Positions 24,255 through 31,908 of a stretch of DNA of 32,139 bases are shown here, piece after piece. Origin of the DNA: a virus. The notes under the pieces were generated by a model that was not told the origin of the DNA, did no database searches, and saw only the letters and a program-made list of their open reading frames with translations. Positions within the stretch are counted from its first letter, which is position 1. The number at the start of each line of letters is the position of its first letter. Position numbers and translations under genes: made by a program. Location: positions 1-32,139 of the IMG/VR virus record IMGVR_UViG_3300045988_095662; one strand, 5' to 3'.

Positions 24255-25190
24255 GTGAATAGACTTGAAAAGCTTCGGGCAATCAGCCCAAGCGACATTC
24301 TTATTTTCGATACCGAAACAACGGGTCTTAATGTCGGCGGCTCGCGCCGTGATGAAATACTGTCACTCGCTGTCATGAATCTTGACGGAGACGTTCTGTT
24401 TTGCGATCTATTGAGGCCATCAGAACGCAAAAAGTGGCCGAAAGCAGAAAGCATAAACGGCATATCTCCGTCTATGGTGAAGGACAAGAAGACGATTATA
24501 GAAAGGCGCTCGGAAATCGAACCGATTTTCAAGAGCGCTAAGCTATACGTCGCATACAATGCCGATTTCGACCTAGGCTTTCTTAGAGCTTCCGGTTTGG
24601 ATATACCAGATCGTCAGACGTTTGACGTGATGAAAGAGTTTGCGAAGATACATGGGGCATGGGACGGCACGCATGATGAATGGTCATGGTGCAAGTTAGA
24701 AGATTGCGCGGCGTTTTACGGATATCGTAACTTCGAAGCTCACGACGCGCTGAACGACGTTAAGGCAACCGCGCATTGCTTCAATTCGATTCTCGATGAT
24801 TTTCTTTTCGGTGAGCCGCGCCGCCGACCGAAGCTGGTTAAGGATGAGTTCGGCGATTCGTATTTCGAGTATGGCGACGAAGAGTTTAGAAGCATCGTTT
24901 GCAGCGGTTATGCTGCCGCATTGTCCGAAACTGGCAAACACACTAACTACGCGCCATCATCTAACGAGCTTCAGCAGCAAGCCAAGGATGAAAAAGACAG
25001 TGCAGATAACCAACCGGCCAGAAACCATGCCGTGTCAGATCAGCGGAGCACCAATAAAGCACTGGTGTTAATCGGTTCCGTTTGCGCATTGATTGGTCTT
25101 GCAATCACTGTTTTAGGTGCTGCAATCGTCGGTGTTCCAATTGCTATATTGGGCGCTTTGCTTGCCGTAGGTGCAAGGGGAAGGAAATAG
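24255..25190 (+). CDS. DEDDh (DnaQ-like) 3'-5' exonuclease fused to a C-terminal double-TM anchor
   Basis: ExoI FDTETTG, ExoII AYNADFD, ExoIII HDALNDV. The C-terminal ~40 aa are hydrophobic (ALVLIGSVCALIGLAITVLGAAIVGVPIAILGALLAVGA). GTG start. Confidence 0.8.
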   Translation: MNRLEKLRAISPSDILIFDTETTGLNVGGSRRDEILSLAVMNLDGDVLFCDLLRPSERKKWPKAESINGISPSMVKDKKTIIERRSEIEPIFKSAKLYVAYNADFDLGFLRASGLDIPDRQTFDVMKEFAKIHGAWDGTHDEWSWCKLEDCAAFYGYRNFEAHDALNDVKATAHCFNSILDDFLFGEPRRRPKLVKDEFGDSYFEYGDEEFRSIVCSGYAAALSETGKHTNYAPSSNELQQQAKDEKDSADNQPARNHAVSDQRSTNKALVLIGSVCALIGLAITVLGAAIVGVPIAILGALLAVGARGRK

Positions 25191-25282
25191 AAAACCCTGC
25201 GCGGCTTCTTGGCGGTCGGCGCGCAGGGCAAGTGCAAAGAACGAAGCGCATTAGCGCACTCGCTCTAAGGGGTGATTTTAGC

Positions 25283-26860
25283 ATGGTGAAGAACAGAGCA
25301 GCCATATACGCGCGCTTCAGCTCGCACAATCAGCGCTCTGAGAGTATCGAGATACAAGTTGAGAACTCGCGCGCATACTGCGAGCGCGAGGGCTTGCAGG
25401 TCGTGCGGGAATACTGCGACTATGCGCAGACAGGGCGCAACGTCAACCGCGCTGAGTTCCAGCGCATGATGAACGATGCGAAGCTAGGTCTATTTGATTT
25501 TGTGGTGATTTACAAGGTGACGCGCATAATGCGCAACCGCGATGAAATGGCCTTGGCTCGAATCATGCTGCGCAAGGCCGGTGTTGAAATACTGTACGCG
25601 GGCGAAGAGATCGCGAGCGGTTCGAGCGGTGTGCTGCAACTCGGCATGCTCGAAGTTCTCGCGGAATGGGAAAGCGCTATCGACAGTGAGCGCATAAGAG
25701 ACGGAATCCAGAAGAACGCCGCTCGGTGCCTTGCTAACGGGCATTCGCTATACGGTTGGGATATCGTAGACGGTCGTTATAGCGTCAATGAGCGCGAAGC
25801 GGCGCTTATGCGCAAGATGAAGAACATGCTGTTTTCCGGCCATTCGGTAGCCGATATCGTGCGGGCGCTCGAAGGTGAGAAGACACGCAATGGAAAGCCC
25901 TTCAACCAAGACAAGGTGACTAAGCTTCTGCGAAGGGTGCAGAACGGCGGAACATATAGCTATGCCGGTCATGTGGTAGAAGGTGGGATGCCGGGTCTTT
26001 GGCCGCAAGTAGAACAAGACATGATAGAAAGCGTCCTTAACGACAGGCACCGCCCGCGCCGCAAGGTAGATTCGTCTAAAGAGTTTCCGCTTTCCGGCAA
26101 ACTCTACTGCACGAAATGCGGTATGCCAATGGCGGGAATGAGTGGAACATCTAAGACAGGCAAAGCCTATCACTACTACCGTTGCCGCAAGTGCAGAAGA
26201 ACAGTGCGCCGTGATCTGATAGAAGATGCCGTAGTAGATATGACGCTGCAAGCCGTTGCGCGCGACGATGTGCGACAGCGGATAGCGCAAGGAATGGCGC
26301 TCTACCAATCAGAGCAAGAAGAGACGAAGCCAGAAAGCTACTATCTGAAGAAAGAGCTTAGGCGCATTGATGCGGCGTTCGAACGCATCTGGCAAGCGAT
26401 AGAAGATGGGATTGCACCACCGGGCGGAAAAGAGCGCACGGACGAACTGAAGTGCCGCAAAGCGGAAATCGAAGCGCAGCTGCGCATAGCAGAGCGCGAC
26501 GAATCTATGTCGTTTGGCGTTGACGAACTCATGCTGTGGCTCGATGAGATCGCAACGGAACTAACGCCGCTCGATATCCTCAACAAGTTTGTTCGGTTCG
26601 CTGAGATTGACGGCAAGAGCAACCGCATACGCGTTTACTTTGCCTTCGATAAGCACGGTGACGGCTTTTCGCCTAACAGCGCGGACAAAGGCGAACACCT
26701 CTATGAAGAGAGGTGTTCGCCTAATTCTACGCTGGTGGAGCTTATGAGAAAAACGGCGAACTCCACAAGCACCGCCAACCGCGCAGCTATCCAGCTTGAT
26801 ACTTGCATCGTTAGGGTATCGAAAAACTGGTTTGTTGTCGTTGGCACGTGTCAAAAATAG
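25283..26860 (+). CDS. Large serine recombinase (probable phage integrase)
   Basis: N-terminal resolvase domain (AAIYARFSSHNQ...). Zinc-ribbon Cys pairs (CTKCG...CRKC). C-terminal coiled coil. AAGGGGTG lies upstream of ATG 25283. Confidence 0.9.
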   Translation: MVKNRAAIYARFSSHNQRSESIEIQVENSRAYCEREGLQVVREYCDYAQTGRNVNRAEFQRMMNDAKLGLFDFVVIYKVTRIMRNRDEMALARIMLRKAGVEILYAGEEIASGSSGVLQLGMLEVLAEWESAIDSERIRDGIQKNAARCLANGHSLYGWDIVDGRYSVNEREAALMRKMKNMLFSGHSVADIVRALEGEKTRNGKPFNQDKVTKLLRRVQNGGTYSYAGHVVEGGMPGLWPQVEQDMIESVLNDRHRPRRKVDSSKEFPLSGKLYCTKCGMPMAGMSGTSKTGKAYHYYRCRKCRRTVRRDLIEDAVVDMTLQAVARDDVRQRIAQGMALYQSEQEETKPESYYLKKELRRIDAAFERIWQAIEDGIAPPGGKERTDELKCRKAEIEAQLRIAERDESMSFGVDELMLWLDEIATELTPLDILNKFVRFAEIDGKSNRIRVYFAFDKHGDGFSPNSADKGEHLYEERCSPNSTLVELMRKTANSTSTANRAAIQLDTCIVRVSKNWFVVVGTCQK

Positions 26861-26923
26861 CAATTTCCGGTGTTTGCAAAACACCAGATGGGCGGCTTGC
26901 TGTAAGCCCGTCTAACGCCAGAA

Positions 26924-26954
26924 AGCGGGGCACCCCTTGTCATGGTACCCCGCT
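26924..26954 (-). terminator. Terminator hairpin between the convergent lysin and recombinase genes
   Basis: 11-bp stem (one G-U pair on the minus strand), 9-nt loop, then TTTCTGGCGTT on the minus strand. Confidence 0.55.
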
Positions 26955-26960
26955 TGAACA

Positions 26961-28025
26961 CTAATAAGAAAGCTTCTGGCCGGGGTAGATCGTATAAGGT
27001 GCCCCAATGCCGTTCTTGCTTGCGATGGTGTGCCAGTCGATACCGAGCGAAGCGCCAATCTCGCTGAGCGTGTCGCCGCTCTTGACGGTGTAGACGCGCG
27101 CAGCGCCAACGCCCGCCCTCTGGTTGACGATTGCCTGAACCTCGCTGAAGCGGTCGCCCAGAACGTCGCTGCGCGTCGGCACAACGCCGAACATTCCGCG
27201 TTCCACATCATCTGCGAGCTGAGAAGCGGAAGCGCCGTCAATGTAGTTGATGAGGTCTTGCACCTCTTGGTAACGGTCGCCGAGCTTTTCGCGGCGCTCA
27301 TCGTCAACGCCATACTCGCCGCGCATGACCGCTGCTGCAAGGTCAAGCGTCGTGCCCTCCGGCGAAGGCTCGGCGACCTCTGCGGGCGGAACGTCGGGCG
27401 CTGCCGCGCCGGACGGGTTGGCAAACTTACCCCACGCTTCGCGCGTCATATAGGCGATATCGAGATCAAGCGGCGCGTTGAAGCCATCGAGACGGCCATT
27501 CGACGTGTACTGGTGGATTGCGCAGCTACCCCAAGCGCCAAAGCCGCCATCGGGAAGCCACGGCGAAGACTGGTAGCCGGTTCGGTTGTTGTTGGCGTAC
27601 TGCGCAACCCAGAGCGCGTGATTCGGCGCGATCTGAGACCAATCCTCTTCGGTGCAAACGCTACGGCTCATGTAGACGATGCAGCGAACGCCGGTCTGAT
27701 CGTAGACGTAATCGAGGAACTGCTTTGCCTTGTCGGTTCCGATGCGCCCGTACATCTCATAATCGAGAACGGGAATGCCGTTGCCGAAGTAGTTACGGCA
27801 GCTTGCGACGAAGTGCTTAGCCTGAGCGATGGGGTCTTCTCCGTTCATGAAGTGATAGAAGCCCCAGAGCTTGCCGAGCTTGATAGCCTGCTGAATCCAC
27901 GGGTCGCAGGTGTTGTGAACGATGGTGGTTCCCTCGGTCGCCTTGCAGATAACGAAATCGCAAGGCACCTGCGCGAGGTCAAGCCCTCGCTGGTAGTTGG
28001 AAATATCAATGCCGTTGAGTGCCAT
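26961..28025 (-). CDS. Endolysin: GH25 muramidase + CW_7 (Cpl-7-like) repeats + LysM
   Basis: N-terminus GIDISNYQ...DFVICKATEG typical of GH25. Two ~40-aa repeats of the form RGEYG..ERR..LGDRY..VQ. C-terminal YTVKSGDTLSEIG...IYPGQKL (LysM). Confidence 0.9.
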   Translation of the reverse strand: MALNGIDISNYQRGLDLAQVPCDFVICKATEGTTIVHNTCDPWIQQAIKLGKLWGFYHFMNGEDPIAQAKHFVASCRNYFGNGIPVLDYEMYGRIGTDKAKQFLDYVYDQTGVRCIVYMSRSVCTEEDWSQIAPNHALWVAQYANNNRTGYQSSPWLPDGGFGAWGSCAIHQYTSNGRLDGFNAPLDLDIAYMTREAWGKFANPSGAAAPDVPPAEVAEPSPEGTTLDLAAAVMRGEYGVDDERREKLGDRYQEVQDLINYIDGASASQLADDVERGMFGVVPTRSDVLGDRFSEVQAIVNQRAGVGAARVYTVKSGDTLSEIGASLGIDWHTIASKNGIGAPYTIYPGQKLSY

Positions 28026-28716
28026 AGAAGCCCCCTCTGATGCAGTAGAAGTAATGAAAATCGACCTGCTCTAGCTCTTCGAGCGTGAAGGCGCGCGCGG
28101 AGTTCCCAGCGCTCGCCGGGTCGCGTATCCAGTAGCCGTCATCGTCGGCGCGCCAGATAAGCACGACGTGCCCGCCGTAGTCCCTATCGCCGAGCGTTCC
28201 GCTCATGCCAGCGAAGGCAAGCCACCCATCGGACACGTTTTGAAGGACGGGTGCGAGATCGTAAGAAATCGGCGTGCTCTCGATGCCGTATTCCGGGTAA
28301 TGCTCGGCAATCCACGCGCAGAACTTGCCGGGGTCGTTAACGCCATCGGTAAGGCACGTGTCACCCACGAACGATGCGAGCGTGAGCGGCGTAATGTCCT
28401 GAAGCGTCATGTATTTGACAGCCATAGCGGCGCATGTAAGGCCGCAGCCGTGGTAGCCGATGGTGCCGCCCGCATATGGTATGTAGTCCCATTGCGGGTC
28501 GGTCTGAAGCCATATCGGCATGCTGTTACCCTCGGCAATCGGCCTATCGGCAACGATTGCTAGGCGGTCTTCCTCAGCGGCAGCGTAGCCCTCTTCGCGC
28601 GCTTCAGCGAGCGCGCCCGCGTCGCTCTCGATATGGCCAACGATGAGCCAGCCGCAGAAGAGCATTGACGCGAGCGCGCCGGAAAGCACGAGGGCGACAG
28701 CCTTTAGCCTACTCAT
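28006..28716 (-). CDS. Signal-anchored papain-like (peptidase C39-like) cysteine peptidase, probable second lytic enzyme
   Basis: N-terminal TM segment (AVALVLSGALASMLFCGWLIV). GCGLTCAAMA catalytic-Cys context and a downstream GGH. It lies between the holin and the GH25 lysin. Confidence 0.65.
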   Translation of the reverse strand: MSRLKAVALVLSGALASMLFCGWLIVGHIESDAGALAEAREEGYAAAEEDRLAIVADRPIAEGNSMPIWLQTDPQWDYIPYAGGTIGYHGCGLTCAAMAVKYMTLQDITPLTLASFVGDTCLTDGVNDPGKFCAWIAEHYPEYGIESTPISYDLAPVLQNVSDGWLAFAGMSGTLGDRDYGGHVVLIWRADDDGYWIRDPASAGNSARAFTLEELEQVDFHYFYCIRGGFYGTQRH

Positions 28717-28969
28717 CGCGCTTCGGCTCGGTGTAGGTGAGCGCTTGCGCGGAATCGCCAACGCCCGCCGTGGTCGGGTCGGTCACGATGCCAAGAATCG
28801 CGAGCACGGCGAAAAGCGCGTTGATGATCGCGGCCAACTGCTCGTTCAGAACTCCAAAGTCCCACTGGTAGCCGAACGGCGCGGCGACCACCTGCACGAG
28901 CAGCAGGACGGCGGGAATGAGAGTAAGCCAGAACGTCTTGTTCTTGATTCGTGCAGTGAAGTTAATCAT
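28709..28969 (-). CDS. Holin
   Basis: 86 aa with AAGGAG 7 nt upstream of the ATG. Two hydrophobic helices and a charged C-terminus. It is immediately upstream of the lytic enzymes. Confidence 0.75.
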   Translation of the reverse strand: MINFTARIKNKTFWLTLIPAVLLLVQVVAAPFGYQWDFGVLNEQLAAIINALFAVLAILGIVTDPTTAGVGDSAQALTYTEPKRDE

Positions 28970-28970
28970 T

Positions 28971-29417
28971 TCAGTTCTCCTTTTCATAGATGAGGTCTAC
29001 GCGGTCGTAGATGTGATCGACCTTGTTTGCCATGTCGTGCGAGTGCTCGCGCGATTCCCTGATTTCGTCGTGCAGCGCCGCCGTGGAAGCCCTGATAGAT
29101 TCCATAGCTGCTTGCAGCCCTTCCGAAATGTTGTTGCTACGCTCCATCTGCGCAGCGATGCGGCCTTCCATTTCCGAGCGCTCGCGGTCGCGCTGCGCGC
29201 GCTCGTTGAGTTCGTCGCGCTTACGCTCTTCGCGCTTCAGCTCTAGCTCTGCCTGTCGCGCTGCGTTTCGCTCTTCAAGCTCCGCCTTGCGCTCGTTGTT
29301 GCGCTGGTACTCGTTAAGCAACTGCTTTGCGAGGATTCCGAAGCCGATAGCAACGAGGAACGCGAAGAACCATTCGGCACCGAAGGCCGCTGCATGGTCT
29401 AAAACGCTCTCCGCCAC
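28971..29417 (-). CDS. Membrane-anchored coiled-coil protein (lysis-module accessory)
   Basis: GTG start after GGAGGG. N-terminal TM segment followed by a long E/R/K-rich helix. Confidence 0.5.
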   Translation of the reverse strand: MAESVLDHAAAFGAEWFFAFLVAIGFGILAKQLLNEYQRNNERKAELEERNAARQAELELKREERKRDELNERAQRDRERSEMEGRIAAQMERSNNISEGLQAAMESIRASTAALHDEIRESREHSHDMANKVDHIYDRVDLIYEKEN

Positions 29418-29418
29418 G

Positions 29419-29865
29419 TCAGCCCTCCGTCACCTCTCGCCAGACGGTTTCGGTTCCGACAGCCCCCGGCTCCCAGACGTTGTTAGCAACGAGGGATTCC
29501 CAGACCTTGCCGTTGTGCTTCACGCGGGCACCGAGCGGGTAGGGATTCGTAGAATCGGGCTGCACCCATTCGGGCACTTCCTCTGTCGGCGTGTCGGGCG
29601 TGCCCGCTTCAAGCACCTTCGCCCAAAGGCTCGGCGCTGCCGTTGGTGCCCAATCGGTCTGCGACGTGTGCGCCTGAAGGCAAACGTAAATCTCGCCCTC
29701 ATAGCTCGCGCGCTCGCCCTCGGCGTAGGCGTGGCCGTTGCCGTCCCACGCGGCGAAGAGCGCGGCGGCTCGGCTCGCCACGTCGGTTGAGAGAGACGGC
29801 GCTTGTGTCTTGTAAATCGCGATGATCGCGCGCACCATGCTCTCTTCGTCTTCGGTGAGTGCCAT
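29419..29865 (-). CDS. Protein with two CBM5/12-like carbohydrate-binding repeats
   Basis: Two aromatic-spaced repeats: W..G..Y..GE...Y.G..Y.C...H.S...W.P....SLW and Y.LG..V.H.GKVW.S...N.WEPG. Confidence 0.55.
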   Translation of the reverse strand: MALTEDEESMVRAIIAIYKTQAPSLSTDVASRAAALFAAWDGNGHAYAEGERASYEGEIYVCLQAHTSQTDWAPTAAPSLWAKVLEAGTPDTPTEEVPEWVQPDSTNPYPLGARVKHNGKVWESLVANNVWEPGAVGTETVWREVTEG

Positions 29866-29890
29866 TTGTTGCCCCTTTCTCTCAGTAACG

Positions 29891-29916
29891 AAAAAGCCCC
29901 CGCGTCTGCGAGGGCT
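29891..29916 (-). terminator. Rho-independent terminator closing the DGR cassette
   Basis: On the minus strand, AGCCCUCGC-AGAC-GCGGGGGCU is followed by UUUUCGUU. It lies 28 nt after the RT stop. Confidence 0.75.
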
Positions 29917-29943
29917 TTGGTACCTGATGGTGTGTGTTCGCTC

Positions 29944-31053
29944 TTAGCTGAAGAGCTGCTTATAGAGCGCGTCCATGCGCCTTACCGTCTCGTGAGCGTC
30001 AAGCCGCTTCATGCCTCCGCGCCACGATTGGTAAGACTGGTTGACTTGCTCGACGGTCATAACGCCGCGAGCGACCAGCGCCGCTTGCTTCTTCAGCTTG
30101 CGCCGCTGTCGCGTCACGGAAGAGCGGCAAGGGCGAACAACCACCTTTTCACCCTCGCCATATGAAAACCTCTTCTTCAGGAACACGAAGCCGCGCGACA
30201 GCTTCACTACGCGCGTCTTCTTGCGGTTGATGATGATTCCCAGATCGTCGCAGAGCGCTTCGATGCGCGAAAGCGCGTCCCAAAGCGTCTGCTTGTCAAG
30301 CGCGATGCAATAGCTATCGTCCATGTAGCGACCGCTCGCGAGGATGCCCGGAAGCGAAAGCATCAGATGGTCTATCGGCGACGGCAAGGCCACCGCTAAA
30401 ATCTGGTTCGGCTCGCTGCCAAGACCAAGCCCGCGCGCGCCGTGAGCGTCTATCTGGTCGCCCATGACGCGCTTAACGCGCTCATCGTCAATGGCTCTGT
30501 CGATGATGCGCTTGCAAGCGTCGTGGTCGATGTTCGCGAAATAGTCCGAGAAATCGACCTGCAAGATGTAGCCTTCCGTCCCGTGCTTTCGCCGGTGGGC
30601 TACAAGCTGACGCTTCATGCGCTTGATTGCGTACTCGGTGCCGCGCCCCTTCACGTTTGCGGCGCATCCCTCTGTCAGGGTAGGCCAGATCGCAGGTGCG
30701 AGCGCGTGACGGCTTAAAGACTTCTGTATGACACGCTCCGAGAAGTGGACAGAGCAGATATGACGAAGCTTTCCGCGCTCGAAAAGGTCAAACTCGATGA
30801 AGCCGCGCCGGAAGTCAGCGCCCGTGAGCAGGTCGCGGCGCGCCCGCATGATGTTTGGCATGACGCGCCCCATGTAGCGCTGAACGCTTGCCTTCCAGCG
30901 AACGCCCGCAGCAGCGCCGTTCGCCGCACTGTATAGGTTATCGAGGTCTGCGACGGCTTCTAGCGTGCATCCTTCGATGCGCCTAGCCCTATTCTCCGCG
31001 CGCTTGGCATCTCGCCTTGCGCGGCGTGCTGCGCGTCGCTCTTCAGAGTTCAT
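29944..31053 (-). CDS. DGR reverse transcriptase (369 aa)
   Basis: YMDD box encoded at 30327->30316. Also LQVDFSDYF and other RT palm motifs. Start chosen at ATG 31053 (MNSEERR...) because the longer ORF would run through the spacer toward TR. Confidence 0.92.
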   Translation of the reverse strand: MNSEERRAARRARRDAKRAENRARRIEGCTLEAVADLDNLYSAANGAAAGVRWKASVQRYMGRVMPNIMRARRDLLTGADFRRGFIEFDLFERGKLRHICSVHFSERVIQKSLSRHALAPAIWPTLTEGCAANVKGRGTEYAIKRMKRQLVAHRRKHGTEGYILQVDFSDYFANIDHDACKRIIDRAIDDERVKRVMGDQIDAHGARGLGLGSEPNQILAVALPSPIDHLMLSLPGILASGRYMDDSYCIALDKQTLWDALSRIEALCDDLGIIINRKKTRVVKLSRGFVFLKKRFSYGEGEKVVVRPCRSSVTRQRRKLKKQAALVARGVMTVEQVNQSYQSWRGGMKRLDAHETVRRMDALYKQLFS

Positions 31054-31421
31054 GAGGGCACCCCGCGCGGCTTGCAGTCGGCATCCAGCAGCCGCTTGAC
31101 GGTTGACCATGAAACGCGGTCGGAAGCCGAGAACCGCGCCATGCAAGCAGCGAACGGCAACCGTCGCGGGGTGCATATTTACGGGCGCATGCCCGATGGT
31201 CGCCCCTTCCTTCCTCAAATGCACGGCGCGCGGCGCTTACGGCCGCGCGGTCTGGCAAAGCTTGGGAATCACGGCAGCGGGCGTATCCAGTCGTTCGTCG
31301 GCGCGTTGTTGTTGGCATTGCCGTTGTTGTTGACATTGCACGCGTTGGACGCAGAACCACCCATGACAGACCGCAGCCACCAATTGACGCGACGATTTCC
31401 AAGGGACAACTCGCGAACATT
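31054..31421 (-). ncRNA. DGR template RNA region (TR plus 5' and 3' flanks / spacer)
   Basis: Non-coding stretch between avd and the RT. It holds TR and a GC-rich spacer with an 8-bp hairpin (31227..31249). Confidence 0.6.
31265..31393 (-). repeat. DGR template repeat (TR), 129 bp
   Basis: Aligns without gaps to 31920..32048 (offset 655). It is adenine-rich on the minus strand, with 11 AAY codons in the VR frame. Confidence 0.92.
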
Positions 31422-31832
31422 TTACCCCTTTCCTATGAGTTTCACTCCAGCGCGAGCGCCCTTTATCAGCTTAATGTCGCTGTCGATTCGGTCTAGGATT
31501 CCTTCGAGCCGCGCGGCCTTGATGGGAAGCCCCATAGTCAGAAGGCTTTGCATGTCTTGGTAGAGATGGTTTAGGTCTGCCAGCGCAAGCGTCATGTAGC
31601 GCTTCCGCTCATCGACGTTGCGCGGCGTGTTCGGATAGAATGCGTCGGCCTTAACCAGATTGAAGACAACGCTTCGCGCCGTCTCTGCCATAGGCACCGC
31701 GAAGATGAATCGGTAGGATTTCGGAACGTCGCGCGACGTTACAAGGCGCGTCACGTCGTTTCTGATCGCAACCGCCGTGTTGAAATACTCGAAAGAGCTT
31801 AGGTTGCGGTTGCGCATGTATACGCCGCTCAC
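31422..31832 (-). CDS. avd: Accessory variability determinant (Avd-like four-helix-bundle protein)
   Basis: 136-aa helical basic protein between the target gene and TR. AGGAGG lies 9 nt upstream of GTG 31832. Size and position match Avd. Confidence 0.75.
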   Translation of the reverse strand: MSGVYMRNRNLSSFEYFNTAVAIRNDVTRLVTSRDVPKSYRFIFAVPMAETARSVVFNLVKADAFYPNTPRNVDERKRYMTLALADLNHLYQDMQSLLTMGLPIKAARLEGILDRIDSDIKLIKGARAGVKLIGKG

Positions 31833-31862
31833 TTCGCGGAACCTCCTAATCTGCGACGGTTA

Positions 31863-31885
31863 GGCGCATGCGCAAGGCATGCGCC
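31863..31885 (-). promoter_or_regulatory. GC-rich hairpin downstream of VR (candidate DGR target-recognition cruciform)
   Basis: ggcgcatgc (31863..31871), 5-nt loop, gcatgcgcc (31877..31885). It lies 23 nt after the target stop codon. Confidence 0.6.
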
Positions 31886-31908
31886 AGCGCGGTACTGTGT
31901 ACGGCTTA

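Noticed and set aside
24233-24559. Minus-strand ORF opposite the exonuclease gene
   Set aside because: It is antisense to a gene with clear DEDDh motifs, has no SD sequence, and gives a low-complexity translation.
31054-31224. N-terminal 57-codon extension of the RT ORF
   Set aside because: No SD sequence and poor composition. It would place coding sequence across the TR-flanking spacer. ATG 31053 gives a typical DGR RT length.
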